Positions 32,974 to 41,515 of a stretch of 64,000 nucleotides of DNA are shown here, one piece after another. The DNA is from an uncultured Clostridium sp. Its GTDB lineage: Bacteria > Bacillota > Clostridia > TANB77 > CAG-508. Numbering within the stretch: the stretch's first letter is position 1; each line of letters begins with the position of its first letter. The DNA is taken from positions 13,124 through 77,123 of the forward strand of contig CANAUI010000002.1 in NCBI GenBank assembly GCA_947364715.1, in the 5' to 3' direction. The notes beneath the pieces are model-generated. The model made no database searches, had not been told where the DNA came from, and worked only from the letters and a program-made list of their open reading frames with translations. The translations under genes were made by a program, and so were the position numbers.

Positions 32974-33831
32974 ATGAAAATAATTTTGCCCAAGAAGGAA
33001 AAAACCAATGTTAAAGTAGTTATTTTATATACAATTTCAATAATTACTTGTATTATAGCAATCATTATAACAGGACTGTCAATTTATTATGGAAGTGATG
33101 AATTAGATAGATTAGTTACAATAGGTGGTTCAAGTTCAACAAAATCAGATGAACAATATCAATTATTAATAAATAATTTTGATAATATATTTCAAAATAA
33201 ATTAGAAGAATATACAACAGATGTAGATATAAAAAAAATAGATGAAGGGCAAGAAATAGTATATACATATTATACAAAAGATGAGAGTAAAAAAAATAAT
33301 TATGATATAAACATAAATATTCCATATATTAATATTGATAACAATGCTATAGCAACATATAATGAGGAAATTAAAAAAACATATGAAGAAAAAGCTATAA
33401 GTACATTACAGACAGAAAATAAAAATATTATTTATACACTTCAATATGAAGCAACAATAGAAAATGATATTTTGTCATTAATAATTAAAACAAATTTAAA
33501 AGAGGGAATAAATGCACAAAGAGTAATTATTCAAACATTTAATTTTGACTTAAAAAATAATAAAGAAATAACATTAGAAGAAGTGATTAACTTAAAACAA
33601 TTAAATGTGCAAGATGTACAAAATAAAATAGAAAAAGAAATAACAATAGCATATAAAAAAGTAGAAGATTTAAGAAGTTTAGGATATGAAATTTTTGAAA
33701 GAGACCCTAAAAATGAAAAGTATAATATAGAAAACTCTAAAGAATTTTTTATCAAAGATGGTAATATTTATATTATATATGCATATGGAAACAAAAATAT
33801 AACTAGTGAAATGGATTTAGTAATTATATAA
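32974..33831 (+). CDS. Hypothetical membrane-anchored protein (possibly a DUF4163/DUF3298-like fold)
   Basis: N-terminal TM present. The segments INIPYINIDNNAIATYNEEIKK and a C-terminal FFIKDGNIYIIYAYG loosely resemble RsiV/PdaC-type domains. The functional assignment is weak. Confidence 0.55.
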   Translation: MKIILPKKEKTNVKVVILYTISIITCIIAIIITGLSIYYGSDELDRLVTIGGSSSTKSDEQYQLLINNFDNIFQNKLEEYTTDVDIKKIDEGQEIVYTYYTKDESKKNNYDININIPYINIDNNAIATYNEEIKKTYEEKAISTLQTENKNIIYTLQYEATIENDILSLIIKTNLKEGINAQRVIIQTFNFDLKNNKEITLEEVINLKQLNVQDVQNKIEKEITIAYKKVEDLRSLGYEIFERDPKNEKYNIENSKEFFIKDGNIYIIYAYGNKNITSEMDLVII

Positions 33832-33915
33832 AATTTTGCTACAAAAAGCCTAACTTTGTTGTATACAATCTTAAATAGAGTAAAGATAAAAGTCGATTTT
33901 TTATATAATAAAATA

Positions 33916-33943
33916 AGAGGGGGACCGATTTAGGACCCCCTCT
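33916..33943 (-). terminator. Terminator after htrA (possibly bidirectional)
   Basis: agaggggg / ccccctct 8-bp GC stem immediately after the htrA stop, with T-rich sequence following on the minus strand. Confidence 0.7.
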
Positions 33944-33946
33944 TTA

Positions 33947-35230
33947 TTAAGGCTGTTCACCTAATGTAATTGTTACATCAATTTTTTTACCATCTCTATT
34001 AACTGTAATTGTCATTTCATCACCAATACTAAGAGAATTTTTAATTTCGTTTAATTCATCCATTGTTTTTATATCTTTTCCATTAGCTTTAATAATTACA
34101 TCACCAATTTTTATGCCACCTTTTTCAGCAGAAGAAAATGTTTCAACATTTTTTACATAGATACCTTCTACTAGATTATTCTTTTTAGCAGTTTCAGAAT
34201 TTAAATCCATTCCAGTAATACCAATATATGGCCTTCTAACCTTACTATATTTAATTAATTGAGAAGTAATATCTGTTGTAGAATTAATTGGAATAGCAAA
34301 TCCCATACCTTCAACATCATTTCCTGTTAATTTTAAAGTATTAACACCAATTACGTTTCCTTCACTATTTACCAAAGCACCACCACTATTACCAGCATTA
34401 ATAGCAGCATCTGTTTGGATTAGAGTATAAGTTTTACCATCTGAATAAGTAACTTCTCTGCTAACAGCACTAACTACACCACAAGTAATTGTACTTTGTA
34501 AACCTAAAGGACTACCAACTGCCATTGCAAATTCTCCTACTTTTATAGAATCAGAATCAGCAAATTCTGCTGGAGTTAATCCAGTAGCATCAATTTTAAT
34601 AACTGCTAAATCAGTTTGTTCATCAGTACCAACTATTGTTGCATCATATTTAGTTTCATTATTAAACAAAGAAACTGTAACTTTGGTAGCTTCTGATACT
34701 TGATAATATGACCCAGATTCATTAGAAGAAACAACATGATTATTAGTTAAAATATATCCATCATCACTAATAATGATACCTGAACCAGAAGCAGTGGCAG
34801 TAGAAGATTGACTTCCTCCAAAAATAGAAAACATAGATGTAACATTATATTCAATTTGAATACCTACAATTGAAGGCAAAATTTTATTAGCTACATATAC
34901 AGAAGTATCAGAATAATTAGATAAAGAAACTTGGTCAACATGTCCAGTTGATTGTGTATTAAAAGAATTATTGGATGTATTAGAATTAGTATTTCCCATA
35001 ATTTGATTTCTAATTGTTGGAACACCAAAGCAAGTACCTAGTACAACTGCACATCCAACAACTCCACTAAAAAATGGTAAAACAATATTTTTTACAAAAT
35101 TTGATTTCTTTTTTGGTTTGTCATTAATTTCATAAACTGCTTTATAGTTATTTGGATTAGAAACAGTTTTAAAACTTGAAGAATTTTCATGAGTTGAATT
35201 TGTGTTATTTTCTTGATTATTATTTTCCAT
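33947..35230 (-). CDS. htrA: HtrA/DegP-family serine protease with a PDZ domain
   Basis: N-terminal TM, catalytic residues in TNNHVV and DLAVIKI, GNSGGALVN (Ser), and a C-terminal PDZ-like region. Confidence 0.9.
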   Translation of the reverse strand: MENNNQENNTNSTHENSSSFKTVSNPNNYKAVYEINDKPKKKSNFVKNIVLPFFSGVVGCAVVLGTCFGVPTIRNQIMGNTNSNTSNNSFNTQSTGHVDQVSLSNYSDTSVYVANKILPSIVGIQIEYNVTSMFSIFGGSQSSTATASGSGIIISDDGYILTNNHVVSSNESGSYYQVSEATKVTVSLFNNETKYDATIVGTDEQTDLAVIKIDATGLTPAEFADSDSIKVGEFAMAVGSPLGLQSTITCGVVSAVSREVTYSDGKTYTLIQTDAAINAGNSGGALVNSEGNVIGVNTLKLTGNDVEGMGFAIPINSTTDITSQLIKYSKVRRPYIGITGMDLNSETAKKNNLVEGIYVKNVETFSSAEKGGIKIGDVIIKANGKDIKTMDELNEIKNSLSIGDEMTITVNRDGKKIDVTITLGEQP

Positions 35231-35427
35231 ATGTATTAACCTCCTATTAATATATATATTAACCTATTTTTAGCATATGATACAATAGGTTTGTGAATTT
35301 TATGTGAAGAAAATAGGATTTTTATAAAAAAAATCTAATATTATAGACAAAGTCAAAATAATATTGTAGAATAAATTCGTGGAAAACGATAATGAACAGA
35401 TGTAGTTTTGCCACCTTATTTTTATAT

Positions 35428-35529
35428 TATAAGAAAGTTCTCCGAACTTCCTATAATATAAAGCATTCCACAGAAAATCTTGACTCTATTTAAGATTTTT
35501 TTGTATACAACAAGATTAGATGTTTGTGG
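35428..35529 (+). repeat. Modular intergenic repeat, copy C2 (modules 1-2 intact, module 3 degenerate)
   Basis: tataagaaagttctccgaacttcctata followed by atataaagcattccacagaaaatctt..aagatttt. The module-2 stem sequence is changed but remains complementary. Confidence 0.5.
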
Positions 35530-35659
35530 ATTTGTCAATTTCTATATTTATGAATAAAAAGTCGAGAAATATAAAAAATTACTAATATAATTTGAGTAGG
35601 AAAAGGTTGAAAAATATATAATAAAAGCTACATAGAAAATAATAAAAGGTAAGAAAGGA

Positions 35660-36193
35660 ATGATAGAAAAAATGAAAGATAATAAAGGAATTACATTAAT
35701 AGCATTAGTAATTACAATAATAGTATTATTAATATTAGCAGGAATAACAATTAATACAGGAATGGAATCTATTAAAAAAGCAAATTTAGAGGGACTAAAA
35801 ACAAATATGTTATTAATTGAAACAAAAGCAAAAGAATATGTAGAAAATGCAAGCTTTAAATTAGGAGTTAATCCAAATACTGATACAATGTATGAGAAAG
35901 CCAAAGAAAACTTAGTTGGAGATGATAAAGGGGCAGTAGTTAATAGTGATGATGAAATTGTAAGTGATTTATTAAATATGGGAATTACTCAAGAGGACAT
36001 AAATAGAGGTAAAGTATATAAATTAACAACACAGAATTTAGAAAAAATGGGAATTAATAATGTACAATCTAATAATGATGAAGGCTGGTATGTTATAGTA
36101 TATAATATTGAAGATACATCAGCAGAAATATACTATACAAATGGATATCAAGGAAAATATTCTTTGACAGATATAGAGAAAATAGAAATATAA
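35660..36193 (+). CDS. Small pilin/pseudopilin-like protein (prepilin-type leader lacking Glu+5)
   Basis: N-terminus is MIEKMKDNKG|ITLIALVITIIVLLILAGITI, followed by a ~140-aa soluble domain. The alternative start is ATG 35672. Confidence 0.7.
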   Translation: MIEKMKDNKGITLIALVITIIVLLILAGITINTGMESIKKANLEGLKTNMLLIETKAKEYVENASFKLGVNPNTDTMYEKAKENLVGDDKGAVVNSDDEIVSDLLNMGITQEDINRGKVYKLTTQNLEKMGINNVQSNNDEGWYVIVYNIEDTSAEIYYTNGYQGKYSLTDIEKIEI

Positions 36194-36230
36194 TAAAAAA
36201 GAGAACAAAAAATGATATAATGAAAGAAGA

Positions 36231-36866
36231 GTGGAAACAATAAAAGAAAAAGAAATAGAACGATTAACAAATTTAAAAAGTATGGAAAAAGAAATTTACA
36301 ATAAAGGATTTGAATATATTTGTGGAATAGATGAAGCAGGAAGAGGGCCACTAGCTGGTCCTGTTGTTGTTGCAGGGGTTATTATGCCAAAAGATTCTAT
36401 GATAGAAGGAGTAAATGACTCTAAAAAGATATCAGAAAAGAAAAGAGAAAAATTATATGATATTATTTTGGAAGAAGCAATTAGTTATTCAGTTGCTATA
36501 ATAGGACAAGACATTATAGATGAAATCAATATTTTAAATGCAACAAAACAAGGTGTTACAACAGTAGTAGAAGAACTAGATGTAAAACCTAATTTAATAT
36601 TAGTTGATGCTTTAACACATATTAATACAAAGGGAATACCATATGATTCTATTATAAAAGGAGACGCAAAATGCTATAATATAGCAGTTGCATCAATAAT
36701 TGCAAAAGTAACAAGAGATAGAATTATGCGTGAATGGGATGAAATTTATCCACAATATGGTTTTAGTAATCATAAAGGATATGGAACAGCAAAACATATA
36801 GAAGCATTAAAACAATATGGACCATGTTCAATACATAGAAAAACATTTATTAAAAATTTTGTATAA
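36231..36866 (+). CDS. rnhB: Ribonuclease HII
   Basis: GIDEAGRGPLAGPVV catalytic motif and a typical length. GTG start. Confidence 0.92.
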   Translation: METIKEKEIERLTNLKSMEKEIYNKGFEYICGIDEAGRGPLAGPVVVAGVIMPKDSMIEGVNDSKKISEKKREKLYDIILEEAISYSVAIIGQDIIDEINILNATKQGVTTVVEELDVKPNLILVDALTHINTKGIPYDSIIKGDAKCYNIAVASIIAKVTRDRIMREWDEIYPQYGFSNHKGYGTAKHIEALKQYGPCSIHRKTFIKNFV

Positions 36867-36929
36867 AAGAAAAAGTTAAAAAATTAATTCTTTTCCAACT
36901 AAATTTATGCCTGAGAAAGGGATGTAATT

Positions 36930-38249
36930 ATGAATATTTTAGATATTATAGAAAAAAAGAGAGATAAAAAAGAATTGTCAAAAGCAGAAATTGAATATTT
37001 TATTCAAAAATATACAAGTGGTAAAATATCAGATTATCAAGCATCTGCATTAATCATGGCAATTTATTTAAATGGAATGACAAAACAAGAAACAACAGAT
37101 TTAACAATAGCAATGGCAAACTCAGGAGAAAAACTAGATTTATCAAACTTAAACGAAATAATTGTTGATAAACACTCAACAGGGGGAGTAGGAGACAAGG
37201 TATCTTTAATTTTATTACCATTAGTTGCTTCTTTAGGTGTACCAGTAGCAAAAATGTCTGGAAGAGGATTAGGGTTTACAGGAGGAACTGTTGATAAATT
37301 AGAATCTATACCAGGATATAAAACAGGTATAGATATCCACAATTTTGTAAAAAATGTGGAAAAAATAGGTATTAGTATGATTTCACAGACATTAAATTTG
37401 GCACCAGCAGATAAAAAAATATATAGTTTAAGAGATAGTATTTCTTGTGTAGAAAGTATACCACTAATTGCTTCTAGTATTATGAGTAAAAAAATTGCAA
37501 GTGGTGCACAGAAAATTGTATTAGATGTTACTTGTGGTTTAGGTGCTTTTATGAAATCTAAAGAAAGAGCGAAAGAATTGGCAAATGAAATGATTGCCAT
37601 AGGAAAATTGGCAAATAAAGAAACTGTATGTATATTAACTAATATGGATGAACCATTAGGATATGCAATAGGAAATTCTTTAGAAGTGATAGAAGCAATT
37701 GAATTTTTAAAAGGTAATATGCCAGAAGATGTAAAAGAAGTGGTCTTAGAATTAGGTGCATATATGATGAAACTTGCAGGAAAAGGCGAAAATATTGAAG
37801 AAAATAAAGCAAAATTATTGATAAATATAGAAAATGGAAAAGGATATGATAAATTTATACAATTAGTAGAAAACCAAGGAGGAGATATTTCTTATATAAA
37901 AGATACAAATCAATTTCCAAAAGCAAACTATATAGAAAAAATATATAGTAAAGAATATGGTTATGTACAAAGTATGGATGCAAAAGAAATTGGTAAAATT
38001 GTTTGTGATTTAGGAGCAGGAAGACTTCAAAAAGAAGATGATATTGATAATACTGTAGGAATTATATTGAATAAAAAAGTTTCAGATAAAGTACATAAAG
38101 ATGATATATTGCTTACAATATATGCAAATTCAAAGGAGAAATTGGAACAAGCCAAAAGGAGATTGTTGGAGGTTATAAAAATAGTTGATGAAGAGATTGA
38201 AAAACCAAAAATGATTTTAGATATTGTAAAAAATGTTGATATTATGTAA
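36930..38249 (+). CDS. pdp: Pyrimidine-nucleoside (thymidine) phosphorylase
   Basis: DKHSTGGVGDK phosphate-binding motif, SGRGLGFTGGT, and a 439-aa length. Confidence 0.92.
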   Translation: MNILDIIEKKRDKKELSKAEIEYFIQKYTSGKISDYQASALIMAIYLNGMTKQETTDLTIAMANSGEKLDLSNLNEIIVDKHSTGGVGDKVSLILLPLVASLGVPVAKMSGRGLGFTGGTVDKLESIPGYKTGIDIHNFVKNVEKIGISMISQTLNLAPADKKIYSLRDSISCVESIPLIASSIMSKKIASGAQKIVLDVTCGLGAFMKSKERAKELANEMIAIGKLANKETVCILTNMDEPLGYAIGNSLEVIEAIEFLKGNMPEDVKEVVLELGAYMMKLAGKGENIEENKAKLLINIENGKGYDKFIQLVENQGGDISYIKDTNQFPKANYIEKIYSKEYGYVQSMDAKEIGKIVCDLGAGRLQKEDDIDNTVGIILNKKVSDKVHKDDILLTIYANSKEKLEQAKRRLLEVIKIVDEEIEKPKMILDIVKNVDIM

Positions 38250-38264
38250 AATATGTGATAAAAT
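38236..38264 (+). promoter_or_regulatory. Candidate sigma-A promoter overlapping the pdp 3' end
   Basis: TTGATA, a 17-nt spacer and TAAAAT, with TG at the extended -10 position. Confidence 0.45.
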
Positions 38265-38311
38265 AGTTATGTAACTCGAAAACGTGTTTCTTTCGGAAGG
38301 AGGTGTGCAAA

Positions 38312-38443
38312 ATGGAGCAAAATGAGCACACCAAAGAACTGCTCGAAAATGTCATTCGAGCGGTTCTCGAACTTGAGGGGTATACCCCTCAAGAAATCCA
38401 GGACATGCTTAACAACACAATAATCATTGCACAAGTTAAGTAG
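38312..38443 (+). CDS. 43-aa ORF inside a GC-enriched, hairpin-dense island (could instead be a structured RNA)
   Basis: GGAAGGAGG SD 8 nt before the ATG. Translation is MEQNEHTKELLENVIRAVLELEGYTPQEIQDMLNNTIIIAQVK. The region holds four perfect hairpins, including UUCG-loop and UAUA-loop ones. Confidence 0.35.
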   Translation: MEQNEHTKELLENVIRAVLELEGYTPQEIQDMLNNTIIIAQVK

Positions 38444-38573
38444 TCCTCCCACTTCGGTGGGAGAAAATCCACGAGTTAAATAATAAAAAAATAAGAAATA
38501 AAATTTTAATAAAAATATAGAAAAATAAAATATATATGATATAATAAAAAAGAATTTAGGAAGGAAAATGAAA

Positions 38574-38705
38574 ATGAAAAAAGAGCAAGAAAAAAATAAA
38601 AAATATGATAAAGGACAAATTTTTGTAAAAATAATGGCCGGTATTTTAGCATTATTAATGATACTTGCAGGAACTTCAACACTAATATACTCATTAATAA
38701 GATAA
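38574..38705 (+). CDS. 43-aa small membrane protein upstream of cdaA
   Basis: AGGAAGGA SD upstream. Translation is MKKEQEKNKKYDKGQIFVKIMAGILALLMILAGTSTLIYSLIR, with a C-terminal TM. It is too short for the ORF track. Confidence 0.45.
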   Translation: MKKEQEKNKKYDKGQIFVKIMAGILALLMILAGTSTLIYSLIR

Positions 38706-38724
38706 TAAAAAAAGAGGTATAAAC

Positions 38725-39678
38725 ATGATAATTGATTTTGGAATAAATTGGGAAAATTTTTATACAGATAATATTGTAGGATATATAAAATCATTGCAAG
38801 AAACCCCATTTAAATTAATTACACTAATTGTAGATTTAGCGATTGTAATATTTTTAATATATTCTTTTTTAAGAATAGTAAAAGATTCCAGAGCATGGCA
38901 GTTAATAAAAGGAATTGTGCTATTAATTGTAATTACTTGGATTAGTGGATTATTCAACTTAAAAATATTAAATTGGATTTTAACAAGCATTATGAATTTA
39001 GGAGTTATTGCCATAATTGTTATATTCCAACCAGAATTAAGAAGAGGACTTGAACAATTAGGAACTAATAAATTCACAAAGTTTTTTGGAATATATAAAG
39101 ATTTAGCAACAAAAACAAAAGAAGATATTTATAAAATTGTTATTGCATCAATAGAATTATCAAAAAGTAGAACAGGAGCATTAATTGTTATAGAAAGAGA
39201 TATAAAGATACAAGATGTCATATCTAGTGGGATACCAATGAATGCAGAAGTATCGCCACAGTTATTAGTAAATATCTTTGAGCCCAAAACACCTTTGCAT
39301 GATGGAGCAGTTATTATCTCAGGAAATAAAATATCAGCAGCAGCTTGTGTATTACCACTTGCAGATGATAGTGATATAGCAAAAGAATTAGGAACAAGAC
39401 ATAGGGCAGCAATTGGAATTTCTAAAGAATCAGACAGTATTGTAATTATTATTTCTGAGGAAACAGGAAAAATTTCTATTGCAAAAGATGGAACTTTAAT
39501 TGCTGATGTTAATGAAGAAGCATTGAAAAAAATATTAATTACAAATGTGGTAACAAAAAGATTTGCAGTAGAAAAAAAGGAAAGAAAAAATAAAATAAGA
39601 GAAATAAGAGAAAAATTACACAAAGAAAAAGAAGAAAAAGTAGAAGAAAAAATTAACAAAGAAGAAACAAAAAAATAG
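38725..39678 (+). CDS. cdaA: Diadenylate cyclase CdaA (three TM plus a DAC domain)
   Basis: DAC-domain motifs HDGAVIISG, LGTRHRAAIGISE and IISEETGKIS, plus N-terminal TM helices and a K/E-rich tail. Confidence 0.92.
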   Translation: MIIDFGINWENFYTDNIVGYIKSLQETPFKLITLIVDLAIVIFLIYSFLRIVKDSRAWQLIKGIVLLIVITWISGLFNLKILNWILTSIMNLGVIAIIVIFQPELRRGLEQLGTNKFTKFFGIYKDLATKTKEDIYKIVIASIELSKSRTGALIVIERDIKIQDVISSGIPMNAEVSPQLLVNIFEPKTPLHDGAVIISGNKISAAACVLPLADDSDIAKELGTRHRAAIGISKESDSIVIIISEETGKISIAKDGTLIADVNEEALKKILITNVVTKRFAVEKKERKNKIREIREKLHKEKEEKVEEKINKEETKK

Positions 39679-39707
39679 AAAGTCGCATATATAGCGACTT
39701 TTTATAA
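39677..39707 (+). terminator. Rho-independent terminator after cdaA
   Basis: gaaagtcgc-atatata-gcgactttt perfect stem followed by a T-run. Confidence 0.75.
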
Positions 39708-39750
39708 TATGAAAGTGAGTAAAAAACTCAGAAATGAACGGAGAGTAAGA

Positions 39751-40497
39751 ATGAGAAATATAAAATTAATTATAGAATATGATGGAAAAGAATTTAATGG
39801 ATGGCAAAAACAACCAACAAAATTAAATATACAAGGAGAAATTGAAAAAGCAATTTACCAAATAACTGGAGAAGAAGTAGACTTGACTGCCTCAGGAAGA
39901 ACAGATGCAGGAGTTCATGCCTTTGGACAAGTGGCGAATTTTAAAACAAATTCTAATATACCAACTGAAAAAATTCCAATAGCATTAAATTCTAATTTAA
40001 AAAAGTCTATTATTATAAAATCAGCAGAAGAGGTAGAGGAAAGATTTCATAGTAGACTAAATTGCAAAAGAAAGACATATAGATATATTATTAATAATTC
40101 AAAGCATCCAACAGCAATATATAGAAATTTGGAAACACATATACCAATCAAATTAGATATTAAAAAAATGCAAGAAGCAGTAAAATATTTTGAAGGGCAA
40201 CATGACTTTAAGGCATTTAAAGCAAGTGGAACAAGTAGCAAAAGTAGTGTAAGAACAATTTATAAAGCAGATGTAATAGATGCAGGAAATGAAAGAATTT
40301 ATATAGAATTAACAGGAAATGGATTTTTATATAATATGGTAAGAATTATTTCAGGAACACTTGTAGAAGTAGGATTAGGAAAGAGAAAACCAAGTGAAAT
40401 AAAGGAAATTATAGAATCCCAAAAAAGAGAAAATGCAGGAAAAACACTACCACCTCAAGGGTTATACCTAGTTAATGTGGAATATGATAAAGATTAG
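39751..40497 (+). CDS. truA: tRNA pseudouridine(38-40) synthase TruA
   Basis: IEYDGKEFNGWQKQP and GRTDAGVHA (catalytic Asp). The likely start is ATG 39751 after GGAGAG (the track ORF starts at 39709). Confidence 0.92.
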   Translation: MRNIKLIIEYDGKEFNGWQKQPTKLNIQGEIEKAIYQITGEEVDLTASGRTDAGVHAFGQVANFKTNSNIPTEKIPIALNSNLKKSIIIKSAEEVEERFHSRLNCKRKTYRYIINNSKHPTAIYRNLETHIPIKLDIKKMQEAVKYFEGQHDFKAFKASGTSSKSSVRTIYKADVIDAGNERIYIELTGNGFLYNMVRIISGTLVEVGLGKRKPSEIKEIIESQKRENAGKTLPPQGLYLVNVEYDKD

Positions 40498-40599
40498 ATA
40501 AGATTTAATAAAAGACTAAAAATATTATAAATTTAACAATATGAACAATGTAATGAAATTATGCATAAAATATAGTAAAAAAGAAAAAGGAGAAAAAAT

Positions 40600-41235
40600 A
40601 TGAATACAATTTTACTTATATTTTTTGCAATACCATTAGCTGTAATTATATTTTCCATAGCATTACAAAAATTATTAAAATGTCCTGCATTAGTAGCTGA
40701 AATCATATTTGCCATAGGTGTTATTATTACATTTATTATAGGAAACTTAATTGTTTTAGCAGCTACTTTGGTTTATACATTAATTAGTTATATAACAGCA
40801 CTAATTATTTGTTTAATAAATAGATATTGTAAACATGATGAAAACAATTGTTGTAGAAGAAATCATTGCTGTAATGATAATAATGAAAGAGATTTGCTAA
40901 CTATTAGTAGTAGTTGTCAAAATAACAGAAATGGTGATTTACTAACAATTAATAGTAATTGTGCAAATGGAAATACTAATAATTTATTAACAATTAGTAG
41001 TAATAATAGAAGTGGTTGCTGTAATAATGATAATAATACTGGTTGTGGTTGCGGATGTGGAAATCGTAATGACATAAATACAGCAAATACAATAAATGGT
41101 GTTATCAGAATAGTTGATAATAATGGCAATACTTCTTGTAATAATGATGAAATAACAACTAGAATTAATGTAGTTCCAAATTGTGCAAATAATGGTAGAA
41201 CAGGTTGCATTTGTGGAAGATATAGAAGAAGATAG
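40600..41235 (+). CDS. Membrane-anchored Cys/Asn-rich protein of unknown function
   Basis: AAGGAG SD upstream. About 75 aa with two or three TM helices. The rest contains CC..NHCC, a segment LLTI(S/N)S repeated three times, GCCNNDNNTGCGCGCG, and a C-terminal GCICGRYRRR. Confidence 0.65.
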   Translation: MNTILLIFFAIPLAVIIFSIALQKLLKCPALVAEIIFAIGVIITFIIGNLIVLAATLVYTLISYITALIICLINRYCKHDENNCCRRNHCCNDNNERDLLTISSSCQNNRNGDLLTINSNCANGNTNNLLTISSNNRSGCCNNDNNTGCGCGCGNRNDINTANTINGVIRIVDNNGNTSCNNDEITTRINVVPNCANNGRTGCICGRYRRR

Positions 41236-41384
41236 TGAGTAGTTATAAATATTTATTGTCTGTGAATTATAACAAATAAACATTTTTTGCACTACTATCG
41301 TAATAAAATATAAAAATTTGATATATAATAAAATATGTGCTAATATATATTTAGCATAAGCAAGAACGTTCAAAATAGTTTTAA

Positions 41385-41416
41385 AAAGACCAGGTGTTAT
41401 ATACCTGGTCTTTTAG
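41385..41416 (+). terminator. Rho-independent terminator
   Basis: agaccaggt / acctggtct perfect 9-bp stem followed by TTTT. Confidence 0.7.
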
Positions 41417-41515
41417 TCTTTATCATCAAACTTACCTAATATTAAATAAACAATTTAGCTGGTTGAAATTTGATAAAAATTATGGTAATATAAATCATAA
41501 GAAAAGGAGGAGAAG

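Noticed and set aside
35548-35904. 118-aa minus-strand ORF overlapping the start of the small pilin-like gene.
   Set aside because: It is hydrophobic and low-complexity, and it is antisense to an ORF with a clear prepilin-like leader. It has no SD.
37054-39659. Minus-strand ORFs 37054-37251, 37064-37600, 38267-38809, 38506-38694, 38760-39077 and 39129-39659.
   Set aside because: They overlap pdp, the GC island, the small membrane ORF and cdaA on the opposite strand. They are hydrophobic and low-complexity, and no SD motifs are visible.
40917-41373. Two overlapping minus-strand ORFs (97 and 128 aa) opposite the Cys/Asn-rich gene.
   Set aside because: They are a by-product of the low-complexity AAT/TGT-rich sense sequence. 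The + strand ORF has an SD, TM helices and a downstream terminator.
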